Source: Podarcis muralis
Lineage: Eukaryota
Assembly: GCF_964188315.1 (NCBI RefSeq)
Contig: NC_135658.1
Coordinates: forward strand, 63,426,001-63,490,000
Length of the DNA: 64,000 bases
Reading direction: 5' to 3'
Part shown: positions 13,488 through 25,484 of the stretch, in pieces
How the letters are laid out: every line of letters starts with the position of its first letter
How positions within the stretch are numbered: position 1 is the stretch's first letter
Made by a program: the position numbers and the translations under genes
Notes under the pieces: generated by a model
Databases searched by the model: none
What the model was told of the DNA's origin: nothing
What the model saw: only the letters and a program-made list of their open reading frames with translations

Positions 13488-13538
<51 letters not shown>
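10295..13538 (+). mobile_element. L2-clade LINE, apparently complete single-ORF copy
   Basis: About 50 bp leader, 994-aa ORF, about 160 bp 3' UTR and (ATT)n tail at 13491-13538; no TSD found. Confidence 0.93.
10346..13330 (+). CDS. L2-clade LINE polyprotein: APE endonuclease + reverse transcriptase
   Basis: APE motifs LCNARS, CVTETW, YRPP, GDFN, GHTLDL, SDH; RT motifs YRPVSNLPFLGKVIER, QSGFR, LLDLSAAFD, GVPQG..LSP.LF, YADD, LNPSKTE; C-terminal LHWLPV typical of L2-like elements. No stop or frameshift. Confidence 0.95.
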   Translation: MEANMRLGIPTVEGRGRYGGGGRCHRRRGSRYGYARTPSNLRPIPRDEGRVSKDYSPPSLVLCNARSIGNKTATLRDFFISQGVDLACVTETWVREGDTVTLREMAPPGFSVLHQSRTVGRGGGVALLIREDCSFRALPSPSIPGIECVGLVWGSEVSLAVWLVYRPPSAPAATLSGLLEAVAGWALEFPNLLVLGDFNIHADATPSSQALDLVSSMATLGLSQFVSGPTHQAGHTLDLIFGVGIDVIMFPSMKVPWSDHYALKARIDVPPPPCLGGEPIWARPRRLMDPDRFRQALRDLAPPGDSLTELVEGWNTQLLAAINEIAPKRPLRPRRNRAPWFTEELRKMKRDLRRLERVWRGARDGASRTSYRVFMKTYEMAVKAAKKSYFSASIASASSRPAQLFSIIRSLTSLEGQPNLTHNLTHSCEAFASFFAEKVLLLRHDLPANFDTIKELEAPRLSSGPVLDHFDRISPADVDRLLQAGKPTTCPLDPCPSWLIRACPDEVRAPLGDIINLSLGTGTFPGELKEAVVRPLLKKTSLDPLDLSNYRPVSNLPFLGKVIERAVAEQLGRFLDETSALGPFQSGFRAGHGTETALVALTDDLRRQLDRGGSGLLILLDLSAAFDMVDHELLDHRLADVGIQGTALQWLRSFLSGRGQRVALGGELSSRHSLVCGVPQGAILSPMLFNIFMRPLAQLVRSFGLGCHQYADDTQLYLLMDGHPDSAPDTLIRCLEAVAGWLRGSQLKLNPSKTEVLWLGRDDMRLRGQLPSLAGVQLMPAPSVKSLGVIFDTSLSMEAQIAAITKAAFFHLRQAKQLAPYLPRPDLATVIHATVTSRLNYCNSLYVGLPLRLTQKLQRVQNAAARLLTGSSLRDHIHLVLYQLHWLPVEYRIRFKVLVLTFKALYGLGPSYLRDRLSWYAPQRNLRSSNKNILKVPGHREVRLASTRARAFSAAAPTWWNALSQETRALQDLTSFRRACKTELFHQAFGQGAA

Positions 13539-14901
13539 GTGGTATGATGGTTCCTGATGCATCCTTACACTGGCAGAACTTAATAGGTCAAGGGACATTC
13601 ATGGTAAATCCTGTTAATGTATGGAAATGACAAGGCTATTTCTCCAAGGTCTTGATTTTTATAGACTGAGCATTTTGCATTTCCAAAAGATCCAGGATCA
13701 TTTGTCTCTGAATGGTAAATGATCTAAAATTCCCAGTGCATAACATGCTGTGAGCACAGCCATAAATTAATTATATGTGTTTTTATGCTTGAAATGTTTT
13801 ATCAGTGGAATAATTCTACAGCTGAGAAAAAAGAACAACAGGCCTGATTTTGACCTCTGCTGCAACATTTCATTGCCATTACTACAGACAAAAGACTCTA
13901 AAAAATAGATGAAAGCTCACAACTTAATGTGTATTCTTGAGTCAAAATCCACATCCAAATTTACCACTAGTAATATGAGAATGTGTTCCTGTGATGAGAT
14001 CCCTTACTGTTCTGATAAGCATCTGGACAAAAATGTTCAGACATGGTGGGTTCTCCTTAGGTATGGACATCTGGCTATTTCCATACCATTTCATATGTTT
14101 ATACACATGATTCTGCTCCAATTCAGCATTAATTTGTGGTTATTTAAAAAATGAAACTTCCCAAAATATGTATTTAAATATGCATTCTCTCTCAAGGTAC
14201 ATATTTAAAGGTGTATTTTGATACATTTAAACGGCCAAAAAGTGTATCACAATATATGAAGGAATGGGAAAGAAGAAAGGAAAGGTGGGAGAGAATAATG
14301 AGGAGAAGGATGTCCTGCTTTTCCTTCCAAAGGAGCCAAGTGCAGCAAACACACTACTAATAAAACATCTAAAAACCATTCCAGTATAGATGCAGCTTGG
14401 GAAAGATCTCTACTTAAAAGGTTTCTTGGAAGAACAGTGATAGCCAACAGTGATAGTACCTGCCTAATATTTAATAGGAGGGAATTATAAATGGTAGCTT
14501 CTTTTAATCTTCAGGTGCTTATTTTCAGTTATTACTCTTCAGTTTGATATTACAGGTTTCTAGATTAGCTGGTAAACGCTTGGCTTCTTTCAAGATATTT
14601 CACTTCAGTTCCTTAACTTAGTTGCATGGGATGTCGCAATGTTGCTCGCACATTGCCTCTGAACTCAGCCCTCCAGTTAACGCCTGTCTGAATACTCTCA
14701 CAAGACACTAAACACTGTCCTTCTATCTAAGCTCAGAGAATCCTTTCTCTAGCTGTTGATATTTTCCTCAGGGTGGATGTTATACACACAGATCAGAACC
14801 AACGTTCAACTCCTTCCAGCTCTCTCTGAAACCATCTCTGCAACTATCTGAACATTCTCTTAGAAACTGCTCCTTTTATTTTTCCTCCCAAAGTGCTGTC
14901 T

Positions 14902-14902
<1 letters not shown>

Positions 14903-14932
<30 letters not shown>
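14903..14932. repeat. (CA)n microsatellite
   Basis: Seen directly. Confidence 0.98.
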
Positions 14933-14935
<3 letters not shown>

Positions 14936-16134
14936 AACTAGCGGTCTTGGTAGTCAATCAGAGAGAGGCTCCAGCACTAGCGGAGCTGTCCGTCACAGCC
15001 TCCTATCAGAGATACTGTGGTAGTGCCTCAGCAGGGGGTTGGACTAGGGGAACTTTAATTATCCTTCCAGTGTCATAATTCTACATGTATCTAGAGTGGT
15101 GTGGAAGCAACTGCGGAGTCAAAGTCTATCAACACTACCACAAGGAAAGGTAAAAGGGGTGTATAGTCAACAGGCATGTATGCAGCAATCTAAACGTAGT
15201 CAAGCACTCTGATCACTTATCAGTCTGCCTCACTATTAAATTGTCATATACATAAGAGTAAACCAATACTATAGTCTTCTAATCATCCACAGAGCCATTA
15301 AAGCAAATGAGAATTGCTAAAATGAATTGTTAACATGAATCTTTAATAATGAACGTGTCCCCTTTTCCTCTAGTTGCGTGTCATATCATGTCAGTACCAG
15401 ATGATAAATATATATTTTTAATCAGATGTAATTTCTAAAAATAAAATGTGGCAATGGCTGAAAGAGGAATGGCCCATTATGAGCTGGAGAGAAAATGCTA
15501 ATAAAAAAAAATGCTGTATATTCTAACAAAAGTGATACTGGCAACTTGATAATTAATTTAGTTAATATGGAATGATATCAATTTTTCCTACAATAGTTGT
15601 ATCGTGAACATTAAAATGGGAGAGATTTAAATTTAACACCACCCTGGTTTTATAACGTTTTATTCTAATGTATTTGCTGGTAATTTATTTTCTTGTTTTG
15701 CATAAGATTCAGATGTGAATGTATTATATAAAGAGAAATCTATATTTTATTGTTTCAAACAGCATTATAATGTTAATTGCCTTGCCCCAGTGCCAGAAAA
15801 TTAGCCTAAATAACAGTGCCATCTGCTGAAAAGTTGTAGTGACTTGCAGGAGAAGTTTCACAGTTTGCAAGTGGAATGAACTGCAACAGAGTGAAAAGGA
15901 AAAAAGAAACAGGAACAAATTAAAAAGGTATTATTTGTTTAGGTATTTATTTATCTGTAAATCACTAACTTATGTAGAATACCAAGACAGTGTACAATAT
16001 AAACAAAAGCAAAAAAAGCATAACATATGTAAAATACCCTAAATGTAATAATGATGATGCCAATGAAAAGGAAAGTACAAAGGTGCTACTACAATTCAGT
16101 AATCAAAACAGATAGAGAGGCTAACTGAGAGGAG

Positions 16135-16414
16135 CAGTAGGAGACAGCATGGTAGGGTACCACTGCTCACCTGACCTCATGTCACTACTGCTTTCCAGGT
16201 GATGGAGGAGGAAGGGAAAGAGGCAAGGTGGAACAGAGGTTGATGCACTGCAAACGCAGTAGCGGGAACACTGGATAGTCTCAATGAGTGTGTTTGCACC
16301 CTACCAAACTTGCCACTGCCTCACTCCTTCCCATCTACCTCCTGGTAAACACTAGTGATGTGACCAACCAGAGGTCAGGTGAGCAGTGCCACCCTACTAT
16401 GCTGTCTGCTACTG
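16135..16414. repeat. Long inverted repeat (44-bp arms), MITE/foldback-like
   Basis: Left arm 16135-16178 cagtaggagacagcatggtagggtaccactgctcacctgacctc is the reverse complement of 16371-16414 with 4 mismatches. Confidence 0.9.
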
Positions 16415-19400
16415 AACAGTAGCATATTCCATCTGGGAGAATTTAAAATATAGGAAATTAAATTAGGAAACATATGTAATTTGTTTCTATATTTCATACT
16501 GAATTCCTTTGCCTCACATATCCTTCACAGTGATGGATGACCTACATTCTTTGTTTCAGCTTCCTATATTCAAAAGGCTGGTCCAAAATGTGGATTTTTA
16601 TTCAGATTCAGGATCTGAATTAGTTTGGATTGACTCTGAATCAATCTGCACCAAACCAAGGCCCAATCTGAATCACTATTCTGTCCCCAAACAGAATCAG
16701 TGGGGCCTTGCAGAGGCCATTTGTAAGATGTTGCTACCCAGCCTGGTCCCACAATTAGTTTGCTTGGTTAGGGTACAAGTCAGTAATGGGGCTAAAGCTT
16801 CTAAATAGTTTCCAAACAAGTCCTTGTAGACTACTGCATAAAACTTGAGGCTGTGTGCTTTTATTTGGGAAAGGCATAAGTAACTGTTTAAAGATCTAAA
16901 ATATAGATAAGGTGCTGCAGCTCAAGTTGCTACCAAAGTTCATCAAAAGTGATGAAGCAGTTCCTTCTCATAAATGTTATCTGAGGAATTTCAGTGAATT
17001 TAAGAGACTAAAGAGATTTCTTGGGGGAGCAGATATATCTAGTTGCAGCCACCTTGTCATGTTCAGTTGTCAAAAATCTGGTAAATGACCAATTGACAAT
17101 ACATAATAATAAATATTCTTGTTATAGAATACATGGAATGTACTTTACTCTCAGTATTCCATTAATATCTCACATTTCTTCTACAGTGGAATTCATAGCA
17201 GGGTAAATAGGGTTCTTGGGCAGTTTCCATCCTGCATTGACAAGACTCAGACTTGTGTAGCTTCTGTGCCAAAAGTGCCATGTAGTTCAGTATACATTGG
17301 CTGACATAGTTATAGCTGAATGACATGATTTAGTCCATTGATTTCAAGGGGACATGCATTCAACCAACCCTATTTACCTGGGAGTAAGACCCATGAATTT
17401 AATAGGACTTACTGCAGAGTAGACATGATTAAGCTTCCACTGTCACTCTGACTCCAAATCATAATGGATATCCCCCCAAAAAGGCACTTGGCAGGTGTAT
17501 GAACATGCAACCATTCTCTCATTTGCCATGAGAAATGCAATAATCTTTCCTATGTACTTTGCAATGCTATTTAATTTCTAGCTACCTCCCTGACTTCCCT
17601 CCCCTGGTAACAGTTCAGCACTTACTGTTTGGAGATCTGAATGAAAATGGCTGCTGTGATCTTAATGAAAGGCTTAATGCATTCAATTTTATGAATCAAA
17701 CAATGTGGCATGTAGCTTTTTACTTCTTTGGAAGACGAATAATAGAGATCCCTCTGATTATTAAGAGATTGGAAGGGAAAGATTTTCTATTTTATCACTC
17801 TTTTGCACATTTTTACAACCAATTTATTTCCTGGTGATTTAAAGATGGAGCATATTGTCTGAACATAAATAATGTTTTTGAACATTTGTGAGATGCTAAA
17901 CATTATCTCTATTATTCCTGTGAACATATCAGATCTAACAGCTATTTTATTTTTATTTTGTAGGTATTGTGCTGTATTGCAGAGAAGAAAGCATCATTGA
18001 GGAAGATTATTTTGAATGGTGTTTATTTAATTGCTACTGCTGTTTTTGTAACAATTGTGCATGAAGATTTATATTCAGAATGAAATTGGAATAAGGCATA
18101 GAATTATTATACTAAGGAACAAAATGTTCATCTCTGCCCCCAGGTAACAATAGCACAGTACTTTTCTACGTCTTATTAAGGCTTGTTTTACCATTTAGGC
18201 AATAAAAAAGCTAGCTGTCACCATGCAAAAATTCTTTGTGATGCCTAACACTCAAAATGCTTTTATTCAGAATGGACTGGGTAGCTACAAGCAGATCATG
18301 CCCTTCAGTAAACAGATATCCATTCATTGTTGTTTCTCTTTCAAACATGGCTTGTTCATCCCCAGAAGATGCTACACTACTAGTTATTTGGCAAGTAATT
18401 GATTGTCCTCCTTCTCATTGGCTGATTGTTCATTGCTACATTCAGTATGTATTTGTGTGTTTTCTTAAGATGATGTGTTATTGCTTAACTGTCCGTTTTC
18501 CTTGGAGAAATAAGACTGTCAGTTTGTGCACTTGATCTTCACCAGTCCTGGCTGCTCAAATCATGGAGGTCAGCCTAATAAGTAATACATGTTTTCCTTA
18601 CAGAAAACTCAGTACCTTTGGTACTGAAAGAGGCAATGATATGGCTCTTTTAGATTAGGGGGAATAGTCTCTGGACCCTTATGTTTTGAACACCCAGTGT
18701 CTAACACCCTTTTTGTGGGCAATGTGTGTGAACAAGCTGGGCTAGTGCCGTTCCCAAGGTTTATGAGTAAAACTGATTAACTGATTCTCTGTAGTTCAGC
18801 TTTCAGCTTGGTATTGGCACTCCGAAACTGCCTTGGTTTCCTTAGCTGATTATGTATACCAAGAGCTAAGATAGGAGGAATGTGATCCTGCTGGTTCTCC
18901 TAGCAACCTTAGTGGAGCTTATGGCTTCTTGTTCTTCCTTTTGGCTGGTGACCTATGGCTTCCCATAAGTTTTCAAGCTGACTTCTATGCTGCATGAAAC
19001 CAACAGTGTGATTGGTATAATAAAGGTGTCACATGGTCAAACCACCTTCCTCCCATCAGGACTTTGGATATTGCCTTTGGAACCAGCTGGAATTTCAAGC
19101 CCTCTTTAAAGGCAGGCCCACAAAGAGCATGGTGCAGTACTCAAGCCTGTACATGATTAAACATGGGTTACTATGACTAGAGATAAGTATTTAAAAATGT
19201 ATTTTCTCTCAAAAGAGGCATTTTAAAACACATTTTCAACTGAGAACTCAAGTACTTTTAGAATTTATGTAATCTTAATTTTATTCTGTTGTATATACTT
19301 TTCCATAGTTTTAAAATTATATCACTTCTGCACAAATTCCATTTAAAAAAACAATAAACCAGCAAAAAATAAAACAAGACATAAAAGTATAAATAAAAAT

Positions 19401-21680
19401 GCACTGTAGTTTAAGGAAATCTGGAATTGCTCACAAATATTAGGACTGGTATCCCCAAAAATGTGTCACCCTTCAAAAATCCTATCTTTCCTCTAAATGA
19501 AGAAAAATATTGTAGTTTTTATATGTGTGCATTTTTTGTTTCATTATAAGGAAATTATTCTTTTAAAAATATATTATTTATCCATGCATAAATACAAATG
19601 AACTTGATGATATCTCATTTAGCAATTAGAGAAATAAGATACTGTTGAAGATATTACAGCTACCTTATCAGCTGTTTGAGTTCATTTCAAATATTCATGT
19701 AAGAACTTCATACAGATCTCACTGAACCAGCATGGGCAAATAAAGGAAGAATAAACTTGAGTACCTGTCAAAAGAACTAACCAATTTAGAATCAGCTGTC
19801 AATGTGTCTAGTACTGCCATATACATACAATTCTGCAAGTGCATAAGCGATGAATGGCCAAGATTCAATCATACTGAATCATTGTTTTAGTTCTGGCCTA
19901 AATTGTGATAATCCATAGAGTGAAGCTCCAGGGCATCAGTTTTTTGTTTTTTAAAATTATTCTATAGAAATGCATTTTCCAGAGGCCTCTCATTCTCCTT
20001 TTAAAGTATTCTCTTTGTAGAGAGGCACTGTTCAAAGAAAGAAAGAACAGTGCTAAAATCATGTGTTTGTTTGTTGTCTTTATGGACAGGATATCAGCCA
20101 ATCTGCTGGATAGCATTTTCAAATGCTTTGTAAACAATTATATGTGAACATTATTTGTTTGAACAAGTCAGAAATGCAAAAAAGTTCTTTCAATACTCAG
20201 TGGTCTAGCATGTTTTCATAAATAATGCAGTGCAAAATGGGAGAGCAGCATTTTTTATTATTTTAAAGAACATGGAGATGCTTCAGTATTCTGTTTGATA
20301 GACAATCGAGAACACACATTGAAAGGCAGCCGTTTCAGATACTGCTGCTTGTTTGCAACAGAAAAAGTGCAAGTAGCTTCTATTTCTCCTCTTTTCTGTA
20401 AAATGTGCACAGCCCAGATTTCCACTCTTCCTCCGCGGAGATATTCACACAAAGCATGTATTGCTGTTGGACAGAGCTTCTTCGCTTTTACACACTACTC
20501 AAACCCTCCATCAGACAATTGTGTGATGGGGACAACAGAGACACACTTTCTGACCTCACCTCTTCCAATGTGTCACTACTGGTCCCACATTCCCCATCAT
20601 TCATATTGTAGCACCCCCGCCCCAATCTCTAAGCTGTTTGAGATTCCAGGGTTTCTGAGCACTTACTTTGGGTTCAGTTTCCTTGGCACAAGGGACAGCA
20701 GAGATGTGGAGGTAACGCTCTGCTTGTGCTGAGGCACACCTCGCACCCGGCATGCAACAGTGTGCCCAGGAGCCTTGCGCCCACGCTCCCTGAACTTGTG
20801 CCTCTTGGCTAGCTAACAGGGGTTTTCCCCTGATCGTTTGTCCTCTCACAGATTTGGTTACTATACATAACGCTTGGCTGGAGCATGACCGGGGAAGCAG
20901 ATGTAATCAAGTATCAGGGGACATTTTAGGGAAACACCTGCTAACATGTGTATTCGCTAATGCTGGAACTGGGCTTAGATGGAAATACGTCATATTCAGA
21001 GTGGTTTCACTACAGTTTCCAATTGTTGACTTCTGCTAATAAAAGGAGCCTCTGCAGAACTAGCCAGCAGCTTGCTTGGAGCATGCTTGCCAGCTTGCTC
21101 ATGCACAGCTCACCTACAGCCAACCTCCTGTCATCCTCCGTTATTCCTACACAGAGACTGTGGTGTCTTTATGATATATGGTTGTTTTTTTACACATATA
21201 TGCAACCTGAGCACAAGGTGGAGGGGCTCACAGGAATTAATTCCCCTAGAAGGTCTTGCTTCTCCTATAGTCAAGCACGGCTCTCACTCTCTGGCTTCTG
21301 TCTGCAGCCTACATCTAGGCCCGCTCACACCTATTCCTCTCTGGCTATTGTCCTTCTCTCTACCAGCCAGGTGATGGAGGAGGCACACTCATTTGCCTTC
21401 TGACACAGAACAACTTCATTTGTCAAATTAACAATCATATTTAGGTGGCAACTGTGGTCCTTGCATGGCTAATTGAATAAAGGGGGGAAAACCTCCCCTA
21501 TTACATTTTTAACTCTAACTGGATCCAGGAGCCCAATAATTGCAAGGGATTCATGCAGACTAACCTGCAAACAGAACATGTCAATGACTGTGTTATAAAT
21601 TCACAGTCCATAGAGTGATATGTGCGTGTCAGCTGAATCGGTAGGTCGGCTGCTGGTTGGGTACTTATAATACAAGCACT

Positions 21681-21931
21681 CGAATTGGAGAATAGCCTCT
21701 ACCACAGGCGTCATGGACTTTGAAGAAGCATTAACTCAGGAAGAAAGGGATAAATGAGCTAAGAGGAAGGCATGTTTGGCAAATCCTCACCGTGACCAAC
21801 TCCCACCCAGAAACCTACGACCCCAATGTGGAAGGACGTGTGGATCCAGAACTGGCCTCCACAGTCACTTACGGACACATGTTAAGACCATATTCATGGA
21901 AGACCATCTTATTTGGCTACAAGTGATCGCA
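21681..21931 (+). mobile_element. RTE-clade LINE 3' fragment (not Bov-B)
   Basis: Encodes ...PQCGRTCGSRTGLHSHLRTH, the C2H2-like C-terminus of RTE ORFs (first Cys decayed); upstream frame interrupted by stops. Confidence 0.75.
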
Positions 21932-22320
21932 TGTAGAATGATAGGTTCAGTTGCATAGACTCATATCCGGGACTTACGTCCACTTCTCTGCCACCAACAG
22001 CCATCCAGCTCAAAGACTGCAGTGAAATTGTAACTGACCACAGGATAAGATATCACACCATACCAACATTACCTGAATAATATGTCTTTTAAGGCCCTTA
22101 ACAGCTATACTTTCCTAGCATTTTGTAGCGTGAGTAAATACGGAAAGCCCTTAATGCAACATGTTAAAACAAAAGATTTTTTGTAGTTGTAGTTGTTGTT
22201 GTTAATCAAATTCTTTATAATTAGCTCAGTCAGTTTCTTTCTTGGGGTTACCACAAAACATGGCACCCTCCCTGTGGAACACCCTCCCATCAGATGTCAA
22301 GAAGATAAAGAACTACACTG

Positions 22321-22656
22321 CTTTTAGAAGACATCTGAAGGCAGCCCTGTATCAGTAAGTTTTTGATGTTTGATATTTTATTATATTTTTGTATTTTGCT
22401 GGGAGAAGAAGAAGAAGAAGAGTTTGGATTTGATATCCCGCTTTATCACTACCCGAAGGAGTCTCAAAGCGGCTAACATTCTCCTTTCCCTTCCTCCCCC
22501 ACAACAAACACTCTGTGAGGTGAGTGGGGCTGAGAGACTTCACAGAAGTGTGACTGGCCAAAGGTCACCCAGCAGCTGCATGTGGAGGAGCAGAGACGCG
22601 AACCCAGTTCACCAGATTACGAGACTACCGCTCTTAACCAACCAGATGGGTGGTAG

Positions 22657-22701
<45 letters not shown>

Positions 22702-22702
22702 T
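22321..22702 (+). mobile_element. L2-type 3' end interrupted by a SINE
   Basis: tttagaagacatctgaaggcagccctg...gctgg [SINE] accagatgggtgg + (ATT)n; matches L2 tails at 4397, 27978 and 50820. Confidence 0.8.
22404..22640 (-). mobile_element. tRNA-derived SINE (Squam3-like), head slightly truncated
   Basis: Nearly identical to 47310-47564; (TTC)n tail; lacks the first approx. 15 bp of the head. Confidence 0.85.
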
Positions 22703-24022
22703 ACAGTGGTGTGCTGGCTGAGTGTGAGGCCCACATTGAAGTAGCTGGCAGTCAGCATAGGTTAACCTTTTCTTGCAGCTGTCATGCCCTGAAATGGTCA
22801 TATGAAATGATCCTGGGTCAACCAGGGCAGATCACTGTTTGATGAAGGATCGTCTATATGCTGTCTTTTGCCCTGTACTAGGGCAGGTGAACTTTGCTGT
22901 CTTGCTTGGCCTTCTTCTTTATTGATCGAGACAGTTACAAGAAGAATATATTACATAGTGAAAACCTGTTATTAGTTTCGCACTGAGTTTGCTTTACTGC
23001 TACTGTTATTTCTATTGTTATTATTACTATTTAGACTATTACTCTCAAATTTATTCAAATGTTAGTGGTCCTCCTGGGCTTTGATGCCTGAAACCTATGT
23101 TTTTAAGGTCCACTCTGTTGCCGTGATTATAATTTGTTTTAACTATTTTTAATACTGAATTTTAAATTGCTTCAACCCAGCCTATGAGCTACTGGTGAAG
23201 GGCATGCAATAAATTTAACAATGATGATATAATAATTGTTTCCTTATTCATTAGGCCACACAGAACAAGCCAAGGCATGTGTAGAGAACTTTCCAAAGCA
23301 GCCTCACTGTTTTATACACTGAGGATGTGCATTGACAGTTAAGAACATAAGCCTGTCTTCCCCCTTCACACAATGGACAATCTTTGGATTGGGAGAGAGC
23401 GGATTTCCAGTGCAGAATGTAATTGGATAGTTCATATCACAGACATCCACTAGCTGAAACAACTGAAAACATTTTTTTCCCCCCAACAATCTTGTCCAGC
23501 AGGGGGGAAAGGTTGCTGCCGTAGATGTCATGTATTGTTTTTTAACAATTTTTTGTACTGTTTTAAACATTATGTTTAGTTGTTTACATATGTTCCTAAA
23601 TCACCTTGACATGCATGTAAAAGGTGATCCATAAATTTAATAATAGAAATAATAATATCAGGACTTTTTCTGGATTTCCCATGTCAACCAATGGGACTAC
23701 TTCTTCAGCCTCACCTCATTCAGAAAGGAGTCTTCAAGCCTTCAATTTAGAAACAGTGCAGCCTTGATGAGAATTGCAAAACCAGCCTCTTCCTTACTCA
23801 TTTTTATTTAGAAGTGCTAACTTCCTGTCAATACCACATACCTCAGAAGATGTGACTGACATTTGAATAAATGAAATGATTTCTCCGATAATGGATAGCT
23901 GATGTGTTGGTGCATGCCGAGATCCAATCCAATCCATATCAAATATAGTTTATTTCAGAATGCAGCTGAAGTGAATTGCTGATCCATGCTAGAAATATTA
24001 ATTGCATTTCTCCCTTTCTTAG

Positions 24023-24023
<1 letters not shown>

Positions 24024-24070
<47 letters not shown>
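24024..24070. repeat. (GT)n microsatellite
   Basis: Seen directly. Confidence 0.98.
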
Positions 24071-24072
<2 letters not shown>

Positions 24073-25254
24073 CTGCTTGCTCACAATGCTATGCCAAGGC
24101 TGGCTTTTACAAGTAAGATTTGGCATTTCAAGACAGTTTTTCATTATCTTGTATCATGCCGGCATGTCAGGAGCTTTATGGACAACAACCAGTACATTTT
24201 CTTCAAAATCATTTCCCAAGATTAGCAAAAGAAGCCATTCTACATTGAGCAGACAATTCATGTATGCGGGGGGGGGGGTTAAAACTGTTAGTCTAAGCCT
24301 TTATTTAGTTCATTTACTGAAAAATATTGCCACATGTACAACTCTAGGTGCTGAATGTAATCACTCTATGCTGCAACTTTTGCACCCACAAACCGTATCC
24401 AGCCATATTAGCACTGGCTAGATTATTTCTGCACACATTGTTGACATTGGACTGGGAGCGATGAGACTGGGAGAATATTCAACAGAATTGCTTGCTGATC
24501 ATTTCCCCCCAAGACGCATCACCCAGAACAGGAACAACTTGCCTGCTGGTGGCAGAGCTGCAGTAATAGCCTCTTGACACGGCAACCCCTACCACTTATT
24601 GGTAGTGGGAGGCTCAAAGGATCTGTGAAGTCAGGGTTGCATGGATGGACCCGTGGAGCCAATCCTGTTTTGCTGCCAGTGTACCTGCACAGCACCAACT
24701 CACCACTGCTTTTGCCCTGACCATGGGGATCTACAAGCAGCAAGGGGGCAACTTTCTGCACCATGAACCATAATCTCAGGACTCTCAGATTTCATTTAAA
24801 TAAACAAACAGTAAGTTTCTAGCATCTGTAGAACCTGAGATATGAAAAAAAAAATGAACAGGCACTATTTTTCTAAATTTTTGTAATAAAGTAGCTTGTT
24901 CCCCACTGTCAATATTTTTCTTTGCCAACCCCTAGAAAAATTCTGATGGATGTTCACGCCCTTCCTGAGAAGCAGTAGCAGCAACACCACCACCCAGAGG
25001 CTATTAATACAGGTACACCCCACCAGAGAATATCCTCGGCAAATTAGATAGAGTCACCCAGCCTACCCTGAGCTGTTGTTGGACTACAATTCCCATCATA
25101 CTCGATCATTGGCCATGTGAACTAGGACTGACCGTAGGGCCAAAGGTTGGCCATGTCCGGCCTTTCCACCCAGTTCAACCCACAAGGTGGGTCAAAGGAA
25201 TATAACGCAACACAAGACCAAACAAATCCTCAAAGCAGAAAATTTTTTATAATA

Positions 25255-25484
25255 TAGGTTTGCCATACATCAGGAAAATCCCTGACATATCCTGGTTTTC
25301 TGGTGTAAAAATGGCGTCAGGGGGGAATTTAGCTGATTCGGCAAAATGTCAGGGGAAACCCAGGTGTATGACAATGCGATAGAAAAAGCAGCATAAAATC
25401 ACTAATTTGGGGGGAGGCTTTCCCAAAAAAGCGCAACAATTTTTGTGGTTTCAGGAATTCAACTTTTGAATTATGGCAACCCTA
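25255..25484. mobile_element. Non-autonomous DNA transposon (hAT-like MITE), 7-bp TSD
   Basis: TIRs TAGGTTTGCCATA / TATGGCAACCCTA; TATAATA at 25248-25254 and 25485-25491. Confidence 0.8.

Noticed and set aside
15840-15927. Exon-like plus-strand segment reading DLQEKFHSLQVE*TATE*KGKKKQEQIKK
   Set aside because: Two stops, weak acceptor and no recognisable protein; purine richness explains the coiled-coil look.
17964-18083. Strong plus-strand acceptor followed by a 39-codon open frame (VLCCIAEKKASLRK...)
   Set aside because: No partner exons or homology recognised; within chance expectation.
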